Shown one piece after another: positions 26,500 through 37,652 of a stretch of 64,000 bases of DNA (position 1 is the first letter of the stretch; each line of letters begins with the position of its first letter). The notes under the pieces were generated by a model, which had not been told where the DNA came from, did not search any database, and saw only the letters and a list, made by a program, of their open reading frames with translations. The position numbers and the translations under genes are program-made. Source of the DNA: a virus; the IMG/VR virus record IMGVR_UViG_3300002036_000006; one strand, given 5' to 3'.

Positions 26500-26804
26500 T
26501 AAACGGTCATCCTTATTACACTGTTAAGTCCCTTGCATCTAGGAGGGGATATGCCGTAAGGTATAACAATGGTCAAGGCGAATCATTCACATCAAAGAAG
26601 TTTGATTCAGAGATAAAAGCAAGCAGCTATTGCAGAGGACTTAATGAACAATTAAAAAAGACAGGAAGATCCATAGAGCTGGCTGATATAGCAGTGCCAT
26701 CGTCAATAGAAACCACCGACGATTATAGTAGGCACGGTAAACTCTTTGGATCTACGTGTGGATTTACATTAGTTAGAGACGAGCATTATTTTTACTGTCA
26801 CTAA
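26496..26804 (+). CDS. hypothetical protein (possible AP2-like DNA-binding)
   Basis: YAVRY..G..FTSKKF.SE..A pattern; last rightward gene. Confidence 0.55.
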   Translation: MINGHPYYTVKSLASRRGYAVRYNNGQGESFTSKKFDSEIKASSYCRGLNEQLKKTGRSIELADIAVPSSIETTDDYSRHGKLFGSTCGFTLVRDEHYFYCH

Positions 26805-29800
26805 CTAACCCCCATTAACAATCCTTCTTGCGGCATCTATGTTTGTCTGCAAGTTCCTTCTTGCTTCGGCTGGTATATTCCTCTCAGAGAATTTCTTCAG
26901 AACGTTTTCTGCACTTTTCTCTGGGAAGGTATATGCTGGCTTCCTACCCCTAAGTATCAACTGTATATTCCCGCCTATCTGAGATGGCTTTCCGTCCTTA
27001 GCTTTCTTATATCCAGAAACACCAGCAGTGCTAAGAGACTTGGCTATCTCGTCATCCGATAAACCGAAGTATCTTGCAGCTTCAACCTTACTTATAAGAG
27101 TTTCAAAGTACCTATCACTTGCTTTCTGAACATCAGTTAGCTTGTTGCTCAGTGAGCTTTCACCAAGCTGATTGAATGTGAACACAGAAGATGTGAATTT
27201 TTTCTTTGCAGACCTAAGTATCCTGTCTTGCTCCCAAGCCCTTTGCTGCAAACCCTTGACTACATCAAACTTAATTGGCTTGAATCCTGCAAGTCTCTGA
27301 ACGAAATCACCTAGCTCAACCTCCTGACCGTTGAACTTATTAAAGTCCTCGTCGGAAACAAGTGACCTTGCAACTGCAACTCCATCCCTGTAGAATCCAT
27401 TTCCAAAAGTACTTGCCCCAACATGAGCAGAGGCCTTCAATGTTTTCTCTAGGTATGTGTCATCTTCCTTGTATATCTCATTTCCAAAATCATCTCTACC
27501 AGTTATCGCTTCAGATATAGTAGTCAATCCAAAAGTAGGAGAGAGGAATGGGGATGTCAATGCTCCCATTGCTTTGAATACAACTTCAGATGGAGTCTCT
27601 TCTGGGTCAGCATTGAATACTTGATTCAAAACCTCACCAAATATTCCATAGTTTCCTAACCTTGAAACGTTGAAGTACTCAACACTCTTTCCATCAGACG
27701 CAATGTTTGTGAACTGCCTGTCTATGTTGGCATAGTACTCTGGAGAAAGTCTTCCTATCATCTCCTCCATCTGAGGATCAAAAACCTTTATCTCTTCATC
27801 GTCATCACCAAGAAGAGATCCCAGTCCGCCAACCACAGATGCAACTCCTAAACCCACAACTGATGGCATGAATACAGCGCCAGCAACTCCAAAAAGACCA
27901 GCACCAACTGGGCTACTAAGCATGTCTTTTGAGAACCTGAACTCCTGCCTAGCCTGCCTTACCATTTCAATATTAGACCTATCATAATTAGGTATATTCA
28001 ATCTGCCATACCTGTCAGAAGACATAATGAATTCTCTATTGAGAGATGACACCTGTTCTTTCGCAGATATAAGCATTCCAGTATACCACCCAACAAACCC
28101 ACCACCAACGAATGGAAACTTCTGTAGCTGCTTAACAGCAGAGGGGCTATATGGAGCATATATGCCAGTCTTCCTTGCATAGTCAGTCGCGTATTTGTTG
28201 GCATTAAATACATTCATCCCATAGTAGTTTTGCGCAGTCCTAAACCTTGCATTATATATTACCTTCTGAGGAACCTCATCTCCAAGCTTATGTAGCGACA
28301 TCATCATGCCAGTCCATCCAGTATAAGCTCTGGTGAATGGTTTATTAGCAACACCATCCTCACTATTTAACCCTTCTGGTAAAGCTTGATCTAGAACTTG
28401 AAACATTCTTTTAATTATGTCTCCAGATATTTGTGTTTGAGCTGTAATATCCTGCACTCTTGCACTACCGCCAGCAATGCCAAGCTCTGCTTTAAGATCA
28501 ATTGTATTAGACTTTCCTAACGCTTTATCAAGTGCTTGCTGGTACGCATCAACGACAAGATCAAAGTTATCCCTGAGCAATGGAAGATTCTGAGCCACTA
28601 TTCCTGCTCCAGATATTGCATTTGCAGCGCCAACGGCTGGATCTAGAACAGTCAAAGAAAGCTTGGTTGCTCCAGAAAGTGTGTGCAAGAATCCACCTAT
28701 GCCAGTGTCGTAAACTCCAGCGCTATCTATGGTGTCTAGTATATATGACATCTCTTCAGTGGCATACATGCCTTGAAGCTTGTTGAAGTTTGCTGGATCT
28801 GCAATCTTAATCTCGACTGGAGCCGAAACTCCAGCGGCAACAGCATCTTCTCTACTGGCAAACACGCCGCTTCCTAGAGAAGATTGTATAATTGAGTTCG
28901 CGTACTGATTATTAAGCCTGAATCTTGCAAGCCTATTAACACTGTGCGCAATCCTTTTTACTGGGTCTGTTATCTCACCTAAGAATGCTCGCTCTTCGGC
29001 AGAAACATTTCCTCTCTTCTGGAATATTCCTGCGTACTGAGTTCCTGCATCTGGACCTAGCCTGTAATTGCTGGCTGAGTTATTGGGAACAGTGTCTATT
29101 TCAGCAAGCTTCCTATTGATAACCCTCTGGGCTTCAGCAACGACTGACGAATCATTAGACTCAAGTCCGTATGCAGTTCCTATTCTTTCCTGAAGAAAGT
29201 TTCTATAGTTGTCAACTATCTGCTTCTCTGAATCGGTTTTAGGATTTCTTCTTGATCTCAAGAAATCAGAAACATCTCCATCGTATGCTTCGTAACTTCT
29301 GGATACGTGGAATGGATTGCTTTCAAATTGATCTATGAAATCCAAGTGCTTCTCAAGCATCCTTCCTGTAGTTCTTTCATCAAGAAGATTCTTATATAGC
29401 GCCCTTAAACCCTGCTTGTTCTCAAAGCCACCAAGTGCTGCCGCAACTGATGATGGGGTTGAGCCGGACTCTGACAAAAAGAATCCTTCAGTTGCTTCAT
29501 GGAATTCAGATATGCTTTTAGATGACTCTATTGATGAGGTAAACGATTGTATCCTTTCACTATATGCATCTGCATCATCACCCACCTTTCTACTTATAAA
29601 CTCAGTAAGCCCATCCAGTAAAACAGATGAAGTTAGTGGGCTATCTCCACCTATGGCATCCTCACCAACCAAGCTTTTTATCCAATCCTTGCCGCTCGAT
29701 TCTGAATCGAAAGCTGCGTACTGCAATCCGTCAGTACCACCCGATGAATCTATGGCTGCGTTTAACGCCTCTTCAGATGCCACAACAGATTCGATAGCAG

Positions 29801-32114
29801 CCTCATAGTCTGACTCTAGAACTCTCCTTTGCCTAGGGAAGTATGTCTTCTCCAAGAAGCTTCTTTCTTGCTGATTAAGTCTAATGAATTCAAGTAGAGG
29901 CTCTCTTAAAGCTGTTGGCGCATTATGCTCGACACCGTCTATGGTGTACACCAAGTCTCCAGCCTCGTTTGTAACTATGTTGTCTGGGTGTAGACCCTGA
30001 TCTCCATCAACAAGCTTGAACCTGACGCTGGCACTACTGTCAACTATAACTTTATCCAGAAGTTCATTGTAACTCTGCCTCAATGATTCAGGATTATCCG
30101 AGCCTTTTATTGATTCAGATACTGCCTCATTGTATATTAGAACAGAGTTGGTTATTTGGCCTTCAACGGTTGCCCTGCCAGAAACCCTATTTAGCTGAGC
30201 ATCCTTGACTTTATCTGGGAACCTAGCTCCTATATCTATGCTGGCTATTCTTCTAGCTTTCTTGAAGAACTCAGAACTTCCTGCATCCCTAAGGTTTCTT
30301 ATTCCTACCTCAAGAGACTGTATGGCAGCGCCAACCGCTGGGTCAGACTGATCTTGCTCCCTGAGTTCAGATATTCTTTGTAGCTTCTCATTGATGGACG
30401 GAGTTAACTGGTTTTTTGTTATGCCAATCTGCTGTAACACAGACTCCGTAACGTTTACAATAGACTCAAGCCTATCTCCAACCCTCGTTCTGTTTTCAAG
30501 AAGGCTTGAATATAAATCAAAAGCCTCATTGCCAAGAGCATCAGACTGCTCCCTAGCATCAACAGTTTTAGATGCAAATGCTGGTATGCTATTTGAACCA
30601 AGAGCTTGCGGTGTCTCTACTACCTCAACAGACTCGACAAAGAACCTGCCACCTCTCTCGACCACATCTGTTGGAGTCTCTCCTGCTCTAGGAACTCCAT
30701 TCTTTGTTGCGCTTTCAAAACTCACATATCCAGTTTTCTTTCCAAAAACTTCTGGCACAAAACTAGATTCTACTTTTTCTTTTTGATCAGACAGAGGCTG
30801 AGAAGTATCAACCTCGCCCTTTGACTCCTCACTTAGAAGGCGCTCTTGCCCATCATTCGAGTTGTTGTCACCGTCGAGGCTTTGTTCATCGACATCCCCG
30901 CTTTGGCTGACGCTCCCACTGGCATTGACTTCATCCCCATCCCTGCTCCCTTCTGGACCATTGTCTTGGGTGATGTCATCTTGACCTTCATTCCTTGAGG
31001 ACTCGATCCCATCGCTTTCCCCGCTCCTTTCTGTACCATTGTCATTGGCATTTCCATTCTCCGTATTACTTGTTGCGTTTCTAACAGACTGACCGCCAGC
31101 CTGAATTGTTGATGCACCTAATCCTAAGGCTCCGCCAACAACGCCAGCATCAATAGCCCTATTAAGTACTTCTGGTATTGTGTACTCAGCTCCATTTAAA
31201 GCAGCAGTACCTACAATTGCCAGTTCTTGTGCGGCTTCTGTGCCGAATTCTGCGGCTGCGCTTTTTCCAAGCTGCTTAACTGCACCTGTCTCAAAGATTC
31301 CTTTGATAGCACCGCCCTTATTTATTACCTTGCCAGCCCCAACTCTATCAAGAAGTCCAATTGCTACGCCAGCTCCAACAGCAGAGATCGCATCGTCCTT
31401 GTCATAAACTCCCTTCTGCTCAAGCTCTTCCCTTACCTCGCCAACACCAAGAACTACTCCTCCAGCTAGGGTTGTTGCCCCTATCACAGAGCCAATCGCG
31501 GCTCCTGTTGTTGCTGTTGCACCAGCGGCTACTGCTACTGGCGCTGCAAGCACCGCTGCTCCTGTTCCAATTATTACTGCCCCACCACTTGCAAGATTTT
31601 CTTGTGCCTTCTCCCATATCCACCCAAGTCCAGCTACTATTCCGTCTCCGCCAAGAGTGTCGGCAAATGAGCCTGTGTACTTAGACACATACCCACCTCT
31701 AGCAATATCCCTCTCCTGCTCTTCCACGTACTCCTTGCCAAACTCGACAAGTGTATCACTGCCAAACAAATCACCAAAAGTTTGCACTCCAGATCCAAAT
31801 AGCTTTTGCGCCTGATCTATACTGAAGTCTAAAGCAGAATCAGTTTCTGGCTCAACGACCTCGAACTCTGGCTCTTGGTTCTCAACGGGAGCGCTAACTG
31901 ATGATTCTACTATTGATTGCTCATTGTCCCCTATGAATGGGTCATCAAGAACCTGAGTGTTGCCGAGTGATTGAAAATCTTCTATGGTCGCTGTCTCTGG
32001 TTTCACTCCAGACGCACGTAAATCATCCTCAATGACAGACTCATTGAATGTTAGTTGATCATTTATAGATTGCAACTCCAGCAAGGAGTTTCTTAGTCTT
32101 TCAGATAATGGCAT
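26805..32114 (-). CDS. large internal virion/DNA-ejection protein
   Basis: 1769 aa, Gly/Ala-rich hydrophobic stretches, last gene of the virion operon as in podoviruses. Confidence 0.7.
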   Translation of the reverse strand: MPLSERLRNSLLELQSINDQLTFNESVIEDDLRASGVKPETATIEDFQSLGNTQVLDDPFIGDNEQSIVESSVSAPVENQEPEFEVVEPETDSALDFSIDQAQKLFGSGVQTFGDLFGSDTLVEFGKEYVEEQERDIARGGYVSKYTGSFADTLGGDGIVAGLGWIWEKAQENLASGGAVIIGTGAAVLAAPVAVAAGATATTGAAIGSVIGATTLAGGVVLGVGEVREELEQKGVYDKDDAISAVGAGVAIGLLDRVGAGKVINKGGAIKGIFETGAVKQLGKSAAAEFGTEAAQELAIVGTAALNGAEYTIPEVLNRAIDAGVVGGALGLGASTIQAGGQSVRNATSNTENGNANDNGTERSGESDGIESSRNEGQDDITQDNGPEGSRDGDEVNASGSVSQSGDVDEQSLDGDNNSNDGQERLLSEESKGEVDTSQPLSDQKEKVESSFVPEVFGKKTGYVSFESATKNGVPRAGETPTDVVERGGRFFVESVEVVETPQALGSNSIPAFASKTVDAREQSDALGNEAFDLYSSLLENRTRVGDRLESIVNVTESVLQQIGITKNQLTPSINEKLQRISELREQDQSDPAVGAAIQSLEVGIRNLRDAGSSEFFKKARRIASIDIGARFPDKVKDAQLNRVSGRATVEGQITNSVLIYNEAVSESIKGSDNPESLRQSYNELLDKVIVDSSASVRFKLVDGDQGLHPDNIVTNEAGDLVYTIDGVEHNAPTALREPLLEFIRLNQQERSFLEKTYFPRQRRVLESDYEAAIESVVASEEALNAAIDSSGGTDGLQYAAFDSESSGKDWIKSLVGEDAIGGDSPLTSSVLLDGLTEFISRKVGDDADAYSERIQSFTSSIESSKSISEFHEATEGFFLSESGSTPSSVAAALGGFENKQGLRALYKNLLDERTTGRMLEKHLDFIDQFESNPFHVSRSYEAYDGDVSDFLRSRRNPKTDSEKQIVDNYRNFLQERIGTAYGLESNDSSVVAEAQRVINRKLAEIDTVPNNSASNYRLGPDAGTQYAGIFQKRGNVSAEERAFLGEITDPVKRIAHSVNRLARFRLNNQYANSIIQSSLGSGVFASREDAVAAGVSAPVEIKIADPANFNKLQGMYATEEMSYILDTIDSAGVYDTGIGGFLHTLSGATKLSLTVLDPAVGAANAISGAGIVAQNLPLLRDNFDLVVDAYQQALDKALGKSNTIDLKAELGIAGGSARVQDITAQTQISGDIIKRMFQVLDQALPEGLNSEDGVANKPFTRAYTGWTGMMMSLHKLGDEVPQKVIYNARFRTAQNYYGMNVFNANKYATDYARKTGIYAPYSPSAVKQLQKFPFVGGGFVGWYTGMLISAKEQVSSLNREFIMSSDRYGRLNIPNYDRSNIEMVRQARQEFRFSKDMLSSPVGAGLFGVAGAVFMPSVVGLGVASVVGGLGSLLGDDDEEIKVFDPQMEEMIGRLSPEYYANIDRQFTNIASDGKSVEYFNVSRLGNYGIFGEVLNQVFNADPEETPSEVVFKAMGALTSPFLSPTFGLTTISEAITGRDDFGNEIYKEDDTYLEKTLKASAHVGASTFGNGFYRDGVAVARSLVSDEDFNKFNGQEVELGDFVQRLAGFKPIKFDVVKGLQQRAWEQDRILRSAKKKFTSSVFTFNQLGESSLSNKLTDVQKASDRYFETLISKVEAARYFGLSDDEIAKSLSTAGVSGYKKAKDGKPSQIGGNIQLILRGRKPAYTFPEKSAENVLKKFSERNIPAEARRNLQTNIDAARRIVNGG

Positions 32115-32129
32115 GTGTTCACGCTCTTG

Positions 32130-32723
32130 TTATACTGCTTTGTTTATGTACTCTTTGAGTAATGCAACCGCATTCTCTACGTCTCTATCTAGAGATGAAT
32201 TCTCTACAGAGGATTGTACCACACTTTTCTGCATTTGTGCAGACTGTCTCTTTGTTTCTTCACTTATTTCCTCTGAAGTATCAGCCCCTTCCAGCAAGTC
32301 CGTCTGAACTTCTGGGTCAGAATCATTTATACCTACTGGAACTCCAGCTTCGTATGAGATTTTAGAGGATATTAAACCGAAAGCCTCATCAAGCTCCATA
32401 GTAAAACTGTCCTTCTTCTTCTGGCCTCCAGTTATACCAGCAGTTGATATATACATTTCTGCCAGATCGCCAGCATCAAAAGAATTCGTATCAAGATCCA
32501 TAGCGGCCCTGAAGTTTTGCTCTGGATTCTTAAGATCTTCCCATCCAGCCTCTTTCGCCCTCTTCTCCGATATTGAGAATAATCCTATCCTACCACCCTT
32601 GCTGTGCTCAGAGTTTCTATCAGAAAGCTGCGCTCTACCGAACACTGCCTTGTCTGGCTCTGGGTGATTGTACTCACTGACTGCCCTGTTGTAATAATCT
32701 ATCAGTTTAGAATTACTTATCAT
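32130..32723 (-). CDS. virion protein with SLT/lytic-transglycosylase-like motif
   Basis: GRIGLFSI...DLKNPEQNFRAA resembles the GLMQ...DP..NI motif. Confidence 0.5.
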   Translation of the reverse strand: MISNSKLIDYYNRAVSEYNHPEPDKAVFGRAQLSDRNSEHSKGGRIGLFSISEKRAKEAGWEDLKNPEQNFRAAMDLDTNSFDAGDLAEMYISTAGITGGQKKKDSFTMELDEAFGLISSKISYEAGVPVGINDSDPEVQTDLLEGADTSEEISEETKRQSAQMQKSVVQSSVENSSLDRDVENAVALLKEYINKAV

Positions 32724-33907
32724 TAGTTAATCTCTTGAATATCTTGAACTGTATTGGCAAGCTTCAACTCAAGTATCTCAACCTGTTGGTTGGCTTTATT
32801 TATGGTCTCTTGCTTTGTAGTGCCAGCAGCAGTAGCGTCCTCTATCTTAGCCTTAAGAAGGGCTATGTCACCAAACTGTTGGAAGTATAGCTCTCTGGCT
32901 TGCTTAGCTCTCTCTGGATCATTGACAGCAATATCACTAATCTTTGATTCTATCTGAATCTCAAACTCCCTGAGGCCATCATTTACAACAGATGAAAGTC
33001 TTTCCACTGATGCAGAGTCCTGAAACCCCTGTATTGCCGCAACTATTTCATTTCCTCTTGCCAATATGACATCTGCCCTGTTTCTGACTTTTGCATCTTC
33101 GTTTGCAGACTCTCTAAATATAGAGTCCAAGAATCCAAGTCCGCCAACATCAGATATTTCTGAAACAAAAGCTGTAACAGTTGACCTCTCTTGCTCGTCT
33201 TGCACCGCCGAGCCATCCTCAAGCTTTGAGATCGCCTCCCTAGTAGTTGCAAGAGTTACCCTTTGGTTAAGCTCCTGATCTCTAAGCTCTCTCCTTTCCT
33301 GCCTATCAAGCCTATCGGCATTTCTATCTGCCCTGTTTGAAGATGCTATATTATTTCTGGCTGTCTCTTCAGAATTTCTTCTGCTAATATCAATCCTTCT
33401 TTCGTTCTGATCATTAGTTATATTTCTTTGATCACGCTCTTCAAGCCTAGTAAGTTCAGCCTCAAGAGAAGATGTATCTAGAGCCGCTGCCGAATTATTT
33501 GCATCATTGATTGTCCTAGTCTGATTGAACGCAATCTGATTGTCCTGAACAGCATCCCTATCTGACTGCCTAAGTTCACCAAGTCGCTTCTCAGCATCAG
33601 ATATTCTGCCCTCAACAAGAGAAGCAAAGTCACTCTGAGCCGCTGTTATTCCAGCGCCAATTGCCGCGCCAAATCCACCATCTCTCGCCAGCAAGTTAGA
33701 AAATAAATTCGCTGCTGCCTCTGGGTTAACAACTCGTGTCTCCCTAATGGACTCAAGTCTTTCCTCTGCCGCCCTTCTTTCTTCAGACTTAACTGTGTCC
33801 AGCTTTAGAGCCTCAAGCCTGTCAGCTCCATCCTTTAAGATTTTTGCTTGATCTGAATTGCTTTGAGACAGTCTTTGCTGAAGGCTTGAAAATATATTGC
33901 TTCTCAT
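32723..33907 (-). CDS. internal virion protein
   Basis: helical, Q/R/A-rich, GFGAAIGAG segment. Confidence 0.6.
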   Translation of the reverse strand: MRSNIFSSLQQRLSQSNSDQAKILKDGADRLEALKLDTVKSEERRAAEERLESIRETRVVNPEAAANLFSNLLARDGGFGAAIGAGITAAQSDFASLVEGRISDAEKRLGELRQSDRDAVQDNQIAFNQTRTINDANNSAAALDTSSLEAELTRLEERDQRNITNDQNERRIDISRRNSEETARNNIASSNRADRNADRLDRQERRELRDQELNQRVTLATTREAISKLEDGSAVQDEQERSTVTAFVSEISDVGGLGFLDSIFRESANEDAKVRNRADVILARGNEIVAAIQGFQDSASVERLSSVVNDGLREFEIQIESKISDIAVNDPERAKQARELYFQQFGDIALLKAKIEDATAAGTTKQETINKANQQVEILELKLANTVQDIQEIN

Positions 33908-33914
33908 GTATTAC

Positions 33915-34589
33915 CTATGCTATTCCGCTGAAGTTCTCTCCAGTATTAATTGTTGCCGCTGGTGTGACAAACTCTGTTTTATTTTTGTTTCTGTCGTTTG
34001 CCTTTAGGAATGCAGAAGATGCAAGCTCAACGGTTGATGCGAGACTTGCCTCAGCAGCAGATCCAAGAGATTCCGCCTGCCTAATTAGAGATCCAGCAGT
34101 ATCACTGAACGCCCTTCCAACTCCAGATGCAGAGAACCTAGCGCTGTTTGCTAACGAGATCCACCTCAACTGCAAGTATGCAGCCTCAAGTGTGTCTTCC
34201 AAGTTTCCAGCGTTTGCCGCCCCCTCCATTCCAGTTACTATACCAGATGTCAACGATCCGTTTATAGCCGCCTCTCTATCGCCGCAGTTATACCTGCTTA
34301 TCCCAAAAGCGTTTATTTTAACTTGACCAACAGACTGCATTGAGCCTGTTCTCTGCCCTCTGTATATGTTTTGAGTTGACCTCCTGTATGTTGGAAGCCC
34401 TCTAATATAAGCGTATACAGAACCATCAAAATTCCTCAAGCCCATTTGAGCATTGAACTGCTCTTGGCTTTTTGCAAGCGCCCTCTCAGCAAAAGGAACA
34501 AGCCTCTGCCTAGCTTCCTTCTGAGCATCAAGAAGCCTATCTGTTACAGCAAGATTAATCGCTGCGCCAACTAACTCTGGTACTGACAC
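33915..34589 (-). CDS. putative internal virion protein
   Basis: 224-aa Ala-rich, in operon. Confidence 0.55.
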   Translation of the reverse strand: MSVPELVGAAINLAVTDRLLDAQKEARQRLVPFAERALAKSQEQFNAQMGLRNFDGSVYAYIRGLPTYRRSTQNIYRGQRTGSMQSVGQVKINAFGISRYNCGDREAAINGSLTSGIVTGMEGAANAGNLEDTLEAAYLQLRWISLANSARFSASGVGRAFSDTAGSLIRQAESLGSAAEASLASTVELASSAFLKANDRNKNKTEFVTPAATINTGENFSGIA

Positions 34590-35284
34590 TAAGCGCCTCC
34601 TATGCTCTGTGCTAACTGTGTTCCGCCATATGATACAAGAGATGCTGCGCCAGCGAATGAGCCAGCAGACTGACCTTGTATGTAGCCATATATACCAGCA
34701 GCATTTTCTATTAATCCAAATACACCTGTTGGCGTGTTGAACGTTCCAGCATGAGTTCCCTGAACCGCGCTTACCTTCGCTTCTCTGAGAAGTTCAGTTC
34801 TCCTCTCTTGATTCCTTGCTCTTGCATAGCTTGAGTCCGCTATTGATAAGCCAGTGAAATAATCGAACTCTCGTCTTGCTGCACTTGGGACAACATTAAA
34901 CATCTCAGAGTATTGACCAGATGCCTCCTTCCCTGCCACAAGCTGCCTTATACCTAAATTGTGGAAGAATGAACACAGGCCATTGTAGTCCGTAGTTGGA
35001 ACCCTTATCCCCAAAGCTGTCTGCATTGCAGATCTCTGAAATGGTATGGTTACAGATAGATTTCTGTTGTGTATTTCACATGCCATCTGCTCCCTGATTG
35101 TATTTAAATCAACCAGATTGTCCGTTGCCTCTTCGAATTCTTCCTTAGCTTTTTCAGCAAGGTCAAGCCCAACTGCTATTAATGCAATTGATGCGCCAAA
35201 CCTTAGTGCAAACTCTGCCACAAGAACCGCTGTCTGCGCAAGCACAGCCGCAGCAGTAGCCGCTGCTCCTCCTCCATCTGCCAT
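34589..35284 (-). CDS. putative internal virion (pilot) protein
   Basis: hydrophobic Ala/Gly N- and C-terminal segments. Confidence 0.55.
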   Translation of the reverse strand: MADGGGAAATAAAVLAQTAVLVAEFALRFGASIALIAVGLDLAEKAKEEFEEATDNLVDLNTIREQMACEIHNRNLSVTIPFQRSAMQTALGIRVPTTDYNGLCSFFHNLGIRQLVAGKEASGQYSEMFNVVPSAARREFDYFTGLSIADSSYARARNQERRTELLREAKVSAVQGTHAGTFNTPTGVFGLIENAAGIYGYIQGQSAGSFAGAASLVSYGGTQLAQSIGGA

Positions 35285-35916
35285 TACCTATACTCCATAG
35301 CTGCGCCTTCTATAAGATACCTTAAGGAAGATACGATGTTGTTTGCGTATTCCTCAACCTTGAGGTTCATAGAGAAATACTTCTCCTGATCCGCATTACA
35401 TAAAAATGCTATCATTGCTATCACATGATATGATGACTGCATGTTAGAGTAAACAATTAAAACATTGTTATGCTCTTGAGACTTACAGAATATATGAGCA
35501 TTGCAAGTCCTCATTACGCTCTCTATAAGAAGAGTTGTCAATAGGATGTTGCATGTCTTATGATTGAAGAACTTGTTGTCCACTATGTCAGTGAATGATC
35601 CGAGCGTCACAGAGTGAACGTTCAGGCCAATATCCATATCCTTTGATTTAATTAATTCTATCTGAGACTTTATTAAATCAGAGTTTGCGTCCATAGAATC
35701 TCTTCCGAAGTTCTCAGCAGAAAGAGAAAGGTAGTAGTCACAAACTATTTTCCCTATAGTGGTATCTTCATGCCTAGTGGCAAGCTCTATTGATTCGTGC
35801 AGGTCTGTAAGGAACTGAAGTATAGTCATGCCCAAGTCAACGGCCTCAGATATGGTATTCCCATCTGAGTCAACATAGTGCGATTCCATTTCATTGTATA
35901 GTGATGTAGATGGCAT
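35284..35916 (-). CDS. hypothetical protein
   Basis: 210-aa ORF with AAAGGA SD and its own promoter. Confidence 0.75.
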   Translation of the reverse strand: MPSTSLYNEMESHYVDSDGNTISEAVDLGMTILQFLTDLHESIELATRHEDTTIGKIVCDYYLSLSAENFGRDSMDANSDLIKSQIELIKSKDMDIGLNVHSVTLGSFTDIVDNKFFNHKTCNILLTTLLIESVMRTCNAHIFCKSQEHNNVLIVYSNMQSSYHVIAMIAFLCNADQEKYFSMNLKVEEYANNIVSSLRYLIEGAAMEYR

Positions 35917-35940
35917 TTTGTTTCCTTTTATTATTATGGC

Positions 35941-35969
35941 ATTATAGCACTTTTACACTATCTATTCAA
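35941..35969 (-). promoter_or_regulatory. sigma70 promoter
   Basis: TTGAAT-17-TATAAT with extended TG (GTGCTATAAT, same as at 22361). Confidence 0.7.
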
Positions 35970-37652
35970 TCCCATATCCTTTGATGACGTGCTTAATCTA
36001 AGTTCAAAAACTCTAGCGCAACCCTCTAGCTGTATAACATGCTCCTCAGAAAGGCATCCAGATGGCAACCTGAACTCATGCTCTGAGCATCCAGAAAAGG
36101 TTTGCTCGTGAACCAGTGCCTCACCACAAGCCCTGTCCCATAGCCTGAATGTTACATCCCCGTAGAATGGGTCTATCCTTATGTACCCAGTGGAGTAATC
36201 CGTTATTTTTACGTCATGCACTGGCATTATCCTGTAATCATATGGGCAGAACTCCTCACATATCGGAGTTGATTGCTGATCAAAACATTCGTCTGCGCAG
36301 AAGTTCGACTCCACAAATCTAAACACTTCCTGTTCAGAAGAAAAGTACAGCTCTCCGTCATCGCCTTGCGCCATTGACGATATAGAATATGGATATATTG
36401 TGTGATTGCTAAATTCGTTATCTCCAAACACTCCATCTTCGAACTCGAATACATGGGTGAAATTCCAGTCACTTGAAAATATAAACAAAAACTGATTGTA
36501 TACGTGAGTTCTAACATTGACGCGCTGATATGCTTTCCATTGAGAGCTGTTAAGTATTCCAGTACTTACTCCTCCCATGCTACTTCCAGACAGAACGTTG
36601 ATGCCAGAAGATGCCTGATAAAAAACTCCAGTAGCACCAACAGAAACTGAGAACTCGTTTACTATGGGCGCAACCTTCTCAAACCTGAATGGTGGATTGC
36701 TGTATGAAACTCCACCTGTTTCTGCCTGCTCATCTATTCTATAGTTATATCTTTTTGTGAAGACATATATTGAAGAGTTCCAATATCTTGCGGTAACTAT
36801 GTCATCATCAAATTCAAACCTGCCATTCTTTCTCCTCATCTCTGGCATGCCATCTACAGATATGAAAAGCTCCTTTCCTCTCCAGCTAAATATTGAGAAT
36901 GCAGTTGCGCCAAGCCCGTTTGGATTACTTGGCATGCTCTCAAGATCATACGTTATCAAACCAAACATTGTATTGTCTGACTGGTCAAAGTTATCGGTGA
37001 TGGTAGTTGTTCCAAACGGGAACTCCCCTATCAAAAGACATCCAGAATTATTCTGCACGTTGGATTCTGAACCAGACTTCCATCCAGCGTCCACCCTATA
37101 AACCCTAATGTGAGTCAGAGAAAATATAATGGAAGGAACCTCCATGTTAGATATTGTGGTTCCAACTCCGCAGTTTGCCTGCCTTGATAGCGGCGATGGA
37201 GCGGACTCAAATACATGACCGCTAACCCTTTTTGATACATAAGTGTACATGTATGCAGATGGCTGATACTGGTCTCCGCTTTCTACTATGAAGTTAACTG
37301 TTGGCGGGACATTTGGCGTTGGCATTCCGAGGGCAACTCTATCCAGACCGCCTCCAGAGCAATCTGCCGCATTGTCGCTGTAAGCCTCTATGTCATTTGC
37401 GACATAGGTTCTTCCCAAGTACGTCTCTATGTAGGACTCTGATCTATATAATGTGCATTCGCAATCACAGTCATGAGTGAATTCCTTAATGTCAAATGTC
37501 GCGTCACAAACGAACTCTGGACATGGATAGGCAGACAGAGACCCATCTTGCAGGTTTGTGTTTATAGCACATTCAGCAAAAGTATTTGCTTTTAATAACT
37601 TTTGTTGCCTAGAAGCTAACCCTCTGAACGGCAATATGTTTATTGAAGACAC
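35958..37652 (-). CDS. tail nozzle/stabilisation (tail tubular B-like) protein
   Basis: 564 aa, beta-rich, positioned before the internal virion genes. Confidence 0.6.
   Translation of the reverse strand: MSSINILPFRGLASRQQKLLKANTFAECAINTNLQDGSLSAYPCPEFVCDATFDIKEFTHDCDCECTLYRSESYIETYLGRTYVANDIEAYSDNAADCSGGGLDRVALGMPTPNVPPTVNFIVESGDQYQPSAYMYTYVSKRVSGHVFESAPSPLSRQANCGVGTTISNMEVPSIIFSLTHIRVYRVDAGWKSGSESNVQNNSGCLLIGEFPFGTTTITDNFDQSDNTMFGLITYDLESMPSNPNGLGATAFSIFSWRGKELFISVDGMPEMRRKNGRFEFDDDIVTARYWNSSIYVFTKRYNYRIDEQAETGGVSYSNPPFRFEKVAPIVNEFSVSVGATGVFYQASSGINVLSGSSMGGVSTGILNSSQWKAYQRVNVRTHVYNQFLFIFSSDWNFTHVFEFEDGVFGDNEFSNHTIYPYSISSMAQGDDGELYFSSEQEVFRFVESNFCADECFDQQSTPICEEFCPYDYRIMPVHDVKITDYSTGYIRIDPFYGDVTFRLWDRACGEALVHEQTFSGCSEHEFRLPSGCLSEEHVIQLEGCARVFELRLSTSSKDMGLNR

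Noticed and set aside
26796-26810. Convergent stops abutting with no terminator
   Set aside because: Common in compact phage genomes; nothing else is unusual here.
26805-32114. Virion RNA polymerase (N4-like)
   Set aside because: About half the size of N4 vRNAP and no recognisable polymerase motifs; better explained as an ejection protein.
27998-35300. Many 60-160 aa ORFs antisense or alternate-frame to large genes
   Set aside because: Fully nested in well-supported CDSs, lack SDs, and have shadow-ORF composition.
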